Made by a program: the position numbers and the translations under genes
Origin: a virus
Lineage: Duplodnaviria; Heunggongvirae; Uroviricota; Caudoviricetes
Direction: 5' to 3' (one strand)
Virus record (IMG/VR): IMGVR_UViG_2671180847_000012
Length of the DNA stretch: 21,907 nt
Shown: positions 8,784 to 15,594 of the stretch, piece after piece
Position numbering within the stretch: the first letter of the stretch is position 1
Layout of the letters: each line of letters starts with the position of its first letter
The notes under the pieces: generated by a model
What the model saw: the letters and a program-made list of their open reading frames with translations, nothing else
Databases searched by the model: none
What the model was told of the DNA's origin: nothing

Positions 8784-9251
8784 TTTGCTGCTCCTCATCA
8801 TATCGACCCTGCAAGGTCGGTTAGTTTCTCCACAAAACAGAGAAGAACACCTGCGGTGACTGCCGCCCGGATGGATTGGGTTATGAGCCCGTCGTCCGGT
8901 GATGCTCTTCTCTGTTTTGTAAAAAGGACGGTACCAGCCGGAAGCAAGGGTACAAGCTGGTACCTCCAGGACTACACACAGCATAAAGTTGTGGTGCCGG
9001 GTGCCTCCCGGTGCCTGGCGAAGGTTGCACACCAGGCGGGTGGGTATCCACAGAAGGTCGACTGTCAGCCTCAACCTTAACCCGCGTGCGCTGAGCCGCA
9101 TTCACCACAACGCTAAGGATTCTCTCTGGTTGAAAATACTTAGCTGTTATGTGCCTGCTTTTAGCCACATCAGGCGAGGTGGACCTGGTTATTCCCCAAC
9201 AACAAGGATTCGGTTAATCTGGTTATCCCCAACAACGCAAAAGGAAAAGAA

Positions 9252-9686
9252 ATGTCCGGTAATATCTATACGCTGTACAAATCCCACTGTGAAAATGTTG
9301 GAAAGTATCGGGGCATTGAAATCAGTGGGGTAGTGTCATCAGTCGAAATAAGCAAAGTTGAATCAAGGGCAACATTACTTACTCTTTTGGACCTTGTCTT
9401 ACATGAGCACCGGAAGAAATTCGGCACTCCCTATAATCAGTTGAATGGGAAAAAGGCTCTGGTTCACCTTATTCTGATGAAGCATCACTGGATGCCAAAA
9501 CAGATTAATGAGATGAAATTTGATGAACTTCTTCTTTCAATTCAGGATGAACTCACACTTGATAAAATAAGCGTAACCGCCCAGAAATTTTTAGATTATC
9601 GAGACTGGAGATCACAAATTCATCACTTTGATGATTTTGACGAAAATGAATGGGATCCTAATTTGTCTGCACAATATCTAAAGTAA
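9252..9686 (+). CDS. Hypothetical protein; counter-oriented moron gene in the PL-side region
   Basis: 144-aa ORF, AT-rich by eye, on the opposite strand to the surrounding early-left genes; preceded by two direct repeats and a GGA-containing ribosome-binding site; an intrinsic terminator follows at 9923-9946. Confidence 0.55.
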   Translation: MSGNIYTLYKSHCENVGKYRGIEISGVVSSVEISKVESRATLLTLLDLVLHEHRKKFGTPYNQLNGKKALVHLILMKHHWMPKQINEMKFDELLLSIQDELTLDKISVTAQKFLDYRDWRSQIHHFDDFDENEWDPNLSAQYLK

Positions 9687-9864
9687 CATCCTGTGATAAA
9701 ACCGTGATTTCCTGATCCAGTTTTTTTAAGGAGTCTATTGTTTCCTGTCGATAAGACAGCACTTCACGAAGCTGGTTTATAGCTGCCAGCTTCTTTGTCA
9801 TCCACTCATAAATTTCCTCATCTGTGTAGCCAGGCGCGACGATTTTGGGTTCTGTTTTGTGCAT
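9658..9864 (-). CDS. Hypothetical small protein, first gene downstream of the putative PL
   Basis: 68-aa ORF from ATG 9864 with GAGGAG 7 nt upstream; predicted coiled-coil-like composition. Not arginine-rich, so not an obvious N-type antiterminator. Confidence 0.45.
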   Translation of the reverse strand: MHKTEPKIVAPGYTDEEIYEWMTKKLAAINQLREVLSYRQETIDSLKKLDQEITVLSQDVTLDIVQTN

Positions 9865-9922
9865 TTCACATCTCCTCAAGTTATCAGTTACTTGTTGATG
9901 GGGACCAGATTGTTAAAGAGCT

Positions 9923-9946
9923 AAGCGTCCTGTAGGGCGCTTTTTT
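9923..9946 (+). terminator. Rho-independent terminator for the rightward moron transcript
   Basis: GC-rich stem GCGTCC/GGGCGC (one G-U pair) with a TGTA loop, followed by TTTTTT; only valid in the + orientation. Confidence 0.6.
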
Positions 9947-10029
9947 GTTGCTAACGAATCATCCTGGACTTCATATGCCCCAGGCGGCTACTTCGTGGGC
10001 GTCCTGCCTGTTCGTTATCTTTGATATAA

Positions 10030-10058
10030 AATCTAACTTAACTTAGTTATTATGGCAA
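10030..10058 (-). promoter_or_regulatory. Candidate PL promoter with overlapping operator
   Basis: On the minus strand: TTGCCA, 17-nt spacer, TAGATT. The spacer contains CTAACTTAACTTAG (10033-10046), which matches the CTAA-N6-TTAG motif also found at OR. Confidence 0.35.
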
Positions 10059-10111
10059 GAGAAAACACCAAACTTTTCTTAGTTCGGTGCCTTAGTTAGA
10101 GAAGAGAGGTC

Positions 10112-10738
10112 TTAGAGTTCGTATTGAACTCCTTTGACTACACCAATGATAAGGCAATTACCATTGATAGGGATGTTGGGATACCGAGGATTTAATGGCA
10201 CTAAAAACTTTTGAGGGCCATCGATGACTAATTTTTTTACTGTAGCTTCGTTTGTTCCATCAAGTCGAGCGATGACTATTTTTCCATGACGAGGTTCTGC
10301 ATCTGGATCTACAATCACTGTTGCGCCTTCTGGTATTGTTGGGAGGCCATTAGGGTTAGTCATGGAGTCACCTTTAACCTCTAATGCAAATGAGTTATCA
10401 CCAATCTTTAATGATGTATCTACCCACTTGTCCACTTCACTAAACACTTCTGCTGCCCTGCACTCAGTAAACTGCCCAGCCTGAACCCACGATATTACAG
10501 GAACTCTGCGCATGTTTGTGACGAGTTTGCCTTCAAACTCAGCACCATAAAGAATGTAATCTATTGACGTATTGAAGAACTTCGCTAATTTCGAAAGTGC
10601 CTCCCCACCAGGGGTATTGATGTCTTTCTCCCAGTACCCCACAGCAACGTCGCTTACTCCACAAAATTTACCCAATTCTTTCTGGGACGTTCCGGTAACT
10701 CTTCTCAGAGCTTTTATACGCTGACCAACCGTTTCCAT
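10112..10738 (-). CDS. CI-like prophage repressor (HTH domain plus LexA-type S24 peptidase domain)
   Basis: N-terminal HTH (QKELGKFCGVSDVAVGYWEK) and C-terminal S24-like autopeptidase region (GDSMTNP...KKL); divergent from a Cro-like gene. Confidence 0.9.
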   Translation of the reverse strand: METVGQRIKALRRVTGTSQKELGKFCGVSDVAVGYWEKDINTPGGEALSKLAKFFNTSIDYILYGAEFEGKLVTNMRRVPVISWVQAGQFTECRAAEVFSEVDKWVDTSLKIGDNSFALEVKGDSMTNPNGLPTIPEGATVIVDPDAEPRHGKIVIARLDGTNEATVKKLVIDGPQKFLVPLNPRYPNIPINGNCLIIGVVKGVQYEL

Positions 10739-10760
10739 AGGAGCACCATTTCTTGAATTG

Positions 10761-10823
10761 CTAAGTAATCTTAGTTTTTATTGACCAAAGATAGATTTGT
10801 AATTAGCATCTAATAAAACTTAG
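10761..10823. promoter_or_regulatory. OR/PR region: two operator-like palindromes flanking a rightward promoter
   Basis: CTAAGTAATCTTAG (10761-10774) and CTAATAAAACTTAG (10810-10823) flank TTGACC (10781-10786), 17-nt spacer, TAGCAT (10804-10809); GGAGG precedes the cro-like ATG at 10836. Confidence 0.5.
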
Positions 10824-10835
10824 TTTGGAGGGCGT

Positions 10836-11036
10836 ATGACAACTGACGATATCGAAAGCTACTTCGGCAGTATTGAGAAAGTTGCTGCTTTTTTCGGCAT
10901 AACAACTGAAGCCGTTTATCAGTGGCGAAACCGTCCGGGCCAGTTAATTCCAAAAGGACGTGCAGCAGAAGCTGCATATAGAACTTGCGGACGGTTGCCA
11001 TTTAAACCTGAGCTTTATGAAAAATCTAATGGATAA
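10836..11036 (+). CDS. Cro-like / YdaS-type HTH regulator
   Basis: 66-aa ORF divergent from the repressor gene, with an HTH-like segment (VAAFFGITTEAVYQWRNR). Confidence 0.75.
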   Translation: MTTDDIESYFGSIEKVAAFFGITTEAVYQWRNRPGQLIPKGRAAEAAYRTCGRLPFKPELYEKSNG

Positions 11037-11625
11037 ATCGATTAACAGAAACCACAGAACGATGAGGCTAACCGTGGGTAAGCATCACTGGAAAGTAGAA
11101 AAACAGCCTGAGTGGTACGTGAAAGCTGTCAGAAAAACTATCGCAGCGTTGCCGGGTGGTTACGCTGAAGCAGCTGACTGGCTGGATGTAACAGAAAACG
11201 CATTATTTAACCGCCTTCGTGCCGATGGCGATCAGATTTTCCCGCTGGGATGGGCAATGATTTTGCAACGTGCTGGTGGAACTCACTTCATTGCTGACGC
11301 TGTGGCGCAGTCTGCAAATGGCGTCTTTGTGTCTCTTCCTGACGTCGAGGATGTGGACAACGCCGATATTAACCAGCGCCTGCTGGAAGTCATTGAACAG
11401 ATTGGCAGTTATTCCAGACAGATTCGTTCGGCAATCGAAGACGGTGTGGTGGAACCGCATGAGAAGACAGCAATTAACGACGAGCTGTATCTCTCAATTT
11501 CGAAGCTGCAGGAGCATGCAGCACTGGTCTACAAAATCTTTTGCATTTCAGAAAGTAATGACGCCCGCGAGTGTGCAGCTCCGGGCGCCGTGGCGTGTCG
11601 TGACTGTGGAGAAACTAACGCATGA
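11029..11625 (+). CDS. CII-like / YdaT-type phage regulatory protein
   Basis: Position after cro and size fit; family assignment is from memory. Start is ambiguous (10960, 11017 or 11029); the ATG at 11029 overlaps the cro stop. Confidence 0.55.
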   Translation: MDKSINRNHRTMRLTVGKHHWKVEKQPEWYVKAVRKTIAALPGGYAEAADWLDVTENALFNRLRADGDQIFPLGWAMILQRAGGTHFIADAVAQSANGVFVSLPDVEDVDNADINQRLLEVIEQIGSYSRQIRSAIEDGVVEPHEKTAINDELYLSISKLQEHAALVYKIFCISESNDARECAAPGAVACRDCGETNA

Positions 11626-11960
11626 ACAGTTTAACAACACACTACCGTCGCTCGCAACTGATTGCGCTTCCTGTACCGGGTGGAAAAGCGAAGGTGGAGT
11701 ATTGCTATGCAGTTAATGTACCAGGTGACAGGGAAATTGTAACCCACAGCTTTGCTGAGTGGGCTGTGGGTGATTTCAACCGGCAGAAGGAGACAGTCCT
11801 TTGCGACAAGTTAACCGCTGGTTCAAAGATCACTACGGAGTGCCCGTCAGAGTCATTCGTTGGGAGCCGGAAACACAACGAGTTATCTACCTCCGCGAAG
11901 GCTATGAGCATGAGTGCTTCAGCCCGCTCGAACAGTTTCGTCGTAAATTCAGGGAAATAG
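11622..11960 (+). CDS. Hypothetical protein with a probable frame discontinuity (see findings)
   Basis: ATG overlaps the stop of the preceding gene (ATGA). The N-terminal half looks protein-like; the C-terminal third is low-complexity, while an alternative frame from 11801 to 11980 looks more protein-like. Confidence 0.4.
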   Translation: MNSLTTHYRRSQLIALPVPGGKAKVEYCYAVNVPGDREIVTHSFAEWAVGDFNRQKETVLCDKLTAGSKITTECPSESFVGSRKHNELSTSAKAMSMSASARSNSFVVNSGK

Positions 11961-11969
11961 AGGTCGGTC

Positions 11970-12911
11970 ATGAGCACTAAATTAACCGGCTATGTATGGG
12001 ATAGTTGCGCTGCATCAGGCATGAAATTATCCAGCGTGGCAATTATGGCCCGCCTGGCTGATTTCAGTAATGACGAAGGTGTGTGCTGGCCATCAATTGA
12101 AACTATTGCCCGTCAGATTGGCGCGGGGATGAGTACCGTCAGGACGGCTATCGCACGGCTGGAAGCAGAAGGCTGGTTAACGCGTAAGGCGCGTCGCCAG
12201 GGTAACCGCAATGCGTCGAATGTTTATCAGCTTAACGTTGCGAAGCTTCAGGCAGCGGCATTTTCTCAACTGTCAGATTCTGACCCGTCAAAATCTGACG
12301 CATCAAAATCTGACCCGTCAAAATTTGATGCGTCGAAATCTGGCAAAAAAGCGGGTTTTCACCCGTCAGAATCTGGCGGGGATCCGTCAGTAAAATCAAA
12401 ACATGATCCGTCAGATAAAAAACCTTCTCGTCCGGACGCTTCGCAACCGGACACGCAGACGGATGAACAGGATTTTTTAACTCGCCATCCTGATGCGGTT
12501 GTATTCAGCCCTAAAAAGCGCCAGTGGGGAACGCAGGATGATTTGACCTGCGCACAGTGGCTCTGGAAAAAAATCATCGCCCTGTACGAGCAAGCCGCCG
12601 AATGTGACGGCGAGGTGGTTCGTCCCAAAGAACCGAACTGGACAGCCTGGGCAAACGAAATTCGCCTGATGTGTGTACAGGATGGTCGTACTCACAAACA
12701 AATCTGCGAGATGTACAGCCGCGTCAGCCGCGATCCGTTCTGGTGCCGTAACGTGCTCAGCCCGTCGAAGTTGCGGGAAAAATGGGATGAGCTTTCCCTG
12801 CGCTTATCACCGTCCGTCAGCACGTACACCGAAAAACGCGAAGACCCGTACTTCAAATCCAGTTACGACAACGTGGACTACAGCCAGATCCCGGCAGGAT
12901 TCAGGGGGTGA
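11970..12911 (+). CDS. Replication initiator, lambda O-like (N-terminal winged-helix domain)
   Basis: 313-aa ORF with an N-terminal HTH-type region, a central repeat-rich linker that coincides with DNA iterons, and position after the CII-like gene. Confidence 0.75.
   Translation: MSTKLTGYVWDSCAASGMKLSSVAIMARLADFSNDEGVCWPSIETIARQIGAGMSTVRTAIARLEAEGWLTRKARRQGNRNASNVYQLNVAKLQAAAFSQLSDSDPSKSDASKSDPSKFDASKSGKKAGFHPSESGGDPSVKSKHDPSDKKPSRPDASQPDTQTDEQDFLTRHPDAVVFSPKKRQWGTQDDLTCAQWLWKKIIALYEQAAECDGEVVRPKEPNWTAWANEIRLMCVQDGRTHKQICEMYSRVSRDPFWCRNVLSPSKLREKWDELSLRLSPSVSTYTEKREDPYFKSSYDNVDYSQIPAGFRG
12270..12424. repeat. Iteron-like direct repeats inside the initiator gene (candidate replication origin)
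   Basis: Imperfect tandem units of about 17-18 bp built around CCGTCAAAATCTGAC, followed by an A/T-rich patch near 12471-12480; organisation analogous to ori-lambda lying inside the O gene. Confidence 0.55.
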
Positions 12912-12913
12912 TC

Positions 12914-13402
12914 ATGAGTCTGTTAAATGACGTTCAGAAATTCATTGAAGCCCATCCGGGGTGTACTTCCGGAGACATTGCGGATGCTTTTGCAGGTTAC
13001 TCACGGCAGCGCGTTCTGCAGTCTGCAAGCAAGTTACGTCAGAGTGGGCGTGTGGCTCACCGTTGTGAAGGAGATACACGCAGACATTTCCCGCGCCTGA
13101 CTGAGAGAGCGCAGGAGCCGGAACCACAACCAGTTCGTGAAACCAGACCTGTGCGCAATTTCTATGTCGGCACTAACGATCCACGGGTGATTTTGTGCCT
13201 GACCCGCCAGGCTGAAGAACTGGAGTCCAGGGGCTTATACCGTCGTGCTGCAACGGTGTGGATGGCGGCATTCCGTGAAAGCCACTCCCAGCCAGAACGA
13301 AACAATTTTCTGGCGCGTCGTGAACGGTGTTTACGGAAAAGCAGTAAGCGGGCTGCATCAGGTGAAGAGTGGTATCTCTCAGGGAATTACGTGGGGGCTT
13401 AA
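12914..13402 (+). CDS. Hypothetical regulator-like phage protein (possible PerC-like C-terminal motif)
   Basis: GGGGG precedes the ATG at 12914 (ORF-track GTG start at 12908). The C-terminal segment LESRGLYRRAATVWMAAF...RRERC resembles PerC/Pch-type activators from memory only. Confidence 0.45.
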   Translation: MSLLNDVQKFIEAHPGCTSGDIADAFAGYSRQRVLQSASKLRQSGRVAHRCEGDTRRHFPRLTERAQEPEPQPVRETRPVRNFYVGTNDPRVILCLTRQAEELESRGLYRRAATVWMAAFRESHSQPERNNFLARRERCLRKSSKRAASGEEWYLSGNYVGA

Positions 13403-14055
13403 TGAGTAATAAATATTGCCAGGCGCTGGTGGAACTGCGGAACAAACCAGCCCATGAACTGAAGGAAGTGGGCGATCAGTGGCGCACGCCGGACAACATT
13501 TTCTGGGGAATTAACACCCTGTTTGGCCCGTTTGTTCTGGATCTGTTCACTGACGGTGATAACGCCAAATGTGCTGCGTATTACACGGCGGAAGACAACG
13601 CGCTGGCGCATGACTGGTCAGAACGCCTTGCGGAGCTTAAAGGTGCTGCCTTTGGTAATCCCCCATACAGCCGCGCCAGTCAGCATGAGGGGCAATACAT
13701 CACCGGTATGCGTTACATCATGAAGCATGCCAGTGCCATGCGTGATAAAGGCGGGCGCTATGTTTTCCTGATCAAAGCTGCCACCAGCGAAGTGTGGTGG
13801 CCGGAAGATGCAGATCATATTGCTTTTATTCGCGGGCGTATTGGTTTTGAACTGCCTGCCTGGTTTATCCCGAAGGATGAGAAGCAGGTGCCGACAGGCG
13901 CTTTCTTCGCTGGTGCTATTGCTGTTTTCGACAAGACCTGGAAGGGACCGGCAATCAGCTACATCGGGCGCGATGAACTTGAGGCATGTGGTGAGGCCTT
14001 TCTGGCGCAGGTTCGCCAGCAGGCAGAAAAACTGGTCAGGGAGATGGCGGCATGA
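13402..14055 (+). CDS. Phage Dam-family DNA N6-adenine methyltransferase
   Basis: NPPY catalytic motif (AFGNPPYS); size about 217 aa; ATG overlaps the upstream stop (TAATG). Confidence 0.8.
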   Translation: MSNKYCQALVELRNKPAHELKEVGDQWRTPDNIFWGINTLFGPFVLDLFTDGDNAKCAAYYTAEDNALAHDWSERLAELKGAAFGNPPYSRASQHEGQYITGMRYIMKHASAMRDKGGRYVFLIKAATSEVWWPEDADHIAFIRGRIGFELPAWFIPKDEKQVPTGAFFAGAIAVFDKTWKGPAISYIGRDELEACGEAFLAQVRQQAEKLVREMAA

Positions 14056-14378
14056 CGACGTTAACTCAATGCCAGCAGCAGGTGCTGGATATGCTGATTT
14101 CTTATCAGAAAGAACGTGGCTTCCCGCCAACCAATCAGGAGGTGGCAACCATGCTGGGATACCGTTCAGTGAATGCAGCGGTGGAGCATCTTCGCGCACT
14201 GGAGAAAAAAGGCGTCATCACGATAAAGCGTGGCGTGGCCCGGGGCATCACGCTTCATACTGCGGTGAAGGACGACGACAGCGAGGCGGTCGGGATTATC
14301 CGCTCACTGCTTGCCGGTGAGGAAAACGCAAGGCTGCGTGCAGCCCACTGGTTACATGAGAGGGGCCTGAAAGTATGA
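14052..14378 (+). CDS. LexA N-terminal DNA-binding-domain protein lacking the S24 peptidase domain
   Basis: Aligns by eye with the E. coli LexA N-terminal domain (LTxxQQxV...PPTxxExAxxLGxRSxNAAxEHLxALxxKGVIxI...RGI) but ends at 108 aa with no Ala-Gly cleavage site or Ser/Lys dyad. Confidence 0.75.
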   Translation: MTTLTQCQQQVLDMLISYQKERGFPPTNQEVATMLGYRSVNAAVEHLRALEKKGVITIKRGVARGITLHTAVKDDDSEAVGIIRSLLAGEENARLRAAHWLHERGLKV

Positions 14379-14764
14379 AGCTGATCCTGCCTTTTCCGCC
14401 CAGCGTGAACACGTACTGGCGACACCCCAACAAAGGGGCATTTGCTGGTAAGAGCCTGATAAGCGCGGCGGGGCGAAAATTTCAGAGCGCGGCGTGCGCA
14501 GCAATAGTTGAGCAGTTACGTCGTCTGCCGAAACCAACGTCGGCACCTGCTTCAGTGGAGATCGTGTTGTTTCCGCCGGATAACCGGATCCGTGATCTGG
14601 ACAACTATAACAAGGCGCTGTTTGACGCCCTGACCAACGCGGGTGTGTGGGAAGACGACAGACAGGTGAAAAGAATGCTGGTGGAGTGGGGACCGGTTAT
14701 CCCGGAAGGGAAGGTCGAGATCACTATCAGTAAGTACGAGAAAACGGCGGGTGCAGCCGCCTGA
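14375..14764 (+). CDS. rusA: RusA-family Holliday junction resolvase
   Basis: 129-aa ORF with RusA-like features (PPSVNTYW, DLDNYNKALFDALTNAGVWEDD); start overlaps the upstream stop. Confidence 0.85.
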   Translation: MKLILPFPPSVNTYWRHPNKGAFAGKSLISAAGRKFQSAACAAIVEQLRRLPKPTSAPASVEIVLFPPDNRIRDLDNYNKALFDALTNAGVWEDDRQVKRMLVEWGPVIPEGKVEITISKYEKTAGAAA

Positions 14765-14783
14765 TTAAGAGGAGAAACGAAGT

Positions 14784-15593
14784 ATGAATAATCTGATGGT
14801 CATTGATGGTATTGAAGTTCGTCGTGATGCTTATGGGCGTTACAGCCTGAACGATCTGCATCGCGCAGCAGTAGCATCTGGTGCAAATGCCAGAACCAAG
14901 GAGCCAGGAAAGTTTCTTTCCAGCCAACAAACTGTTGAGCTTGTTCATGAATTGACCAACACCCAGAATTTGGGTGTTGACCCGGTGAGTGTGATTCATG
15001 GGGGAAATGAACGGGGAACGTATGTCTGCAAGGAACTGGTGTATGCCTATGCAATGTGGATCAGCCCGTCATTCCATCTGAAGGTGATCCGTACTTTCGA
15101 TATGGTAACCAGCGCACCGGAAAAATTATCCGGGCAGGCTGCTGACAAGATGCAGGCTGGTGTGATTCTGCTGGACTTTATGCGCAGGGAGTTAAACCTG
15201 TCTAACTCATCAGTGCTTGGTGCCTGTCAGAAACTCCAGGAGGCTGTTGGCTTACCGAATCTGGCACCGCGCTATGCCATTGATGCTCCTGCTGACGCGC
15301 CTGATGGCTCAAGTCGCCCCACGCTGTCGCTGAGTGCACTGCTGAAACAGTATGGTATCCGCCTTACGGCTAATCAGGCATATCACCAGATGGTGAAGCT
15401 GGGGATCGTCGAGCAGCGCGAACGATACAGCCGTACCGCGATTAACAACATCAAAAAATTCTGGTCGCTGACAGCGAAAGGCTGCATGTTCGGCAAGAAC
15501 ATCACCAGTCCTGCAAATCCGCGCGAGACGCAGCCGCATTTCTTCGAATCCCGATTCCCTGAGCTGTTAAAGCTGCTCGATACCGTTCATTGA
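14784..15593 (+). CDS. KilA-N domain protein (antirepressor-like)
   Basis: N-terminal segment typical of KilA-N domain proteins; GAGGAG Shine-Dalgarno upstream. Confidence 0.65.
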   Translation: MNNLMVIDGIEVRRDAYGRYSLNDLHRAAVASGANARTKEPGKFLSSQQTVELVHELTNTQNLGVDPVSVIHGGNERGTYVCKELVYAYAMWISPSFHLKVIRTFDMVTSAPEKLSGQAADKMQAGVILLDFMRRELNLSNSSVLGACQKLQEAVGLPNLAPRYAIDAPADAPDGSSRPTLSLSALLKQYGIRLTANQAYHQMVKLGIVEQRERYSRTAINNIKKFWSLTAKGCMFGKNITSPANPRETQPHFFESRFPELLKLLDTVH

Positions 15594-15594
15594 G

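Noticed and set aside
9185-9236. CRISPR array or type III toxin-antitoxin RNA repeats
   Set aside because: Only two repeat copies with a 34-bp period and no further array, and no cas or ToxN/AbiQ-like gene I can recognise; more likely promoter, operator or UTR elements of the moron gene.
8784-9251. Retron msr/msd ncRNA hypothesis for the structured GC-rich stretch with flanking inverted repeats
   Set aside because: No reverse-transcriptase gene is adjacent; the downstream ORF is only 144 aa without RT motifs.
8856-9333. ORF-track entries 8856-9080 (+), 8881-9168 (-), 8989-9333 (+) and the long N-terminal extension of the yfdP-like ORF up to 9101
   Set aside because: Translations are Pro/Gly/Arg-rich and low-complexity with no ribosome-binding sites; a GAGGAG-preceded ATG at 8783 gives a sensible yfdP-like start. 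The region is treated as non-coding.
12211-12393. ORF with QNLTRQNL-type peptide repeats
   Set aside because: It is the DNA iterons inside the O-like gene read in an alternative frame; the O-like frame is the coding one.
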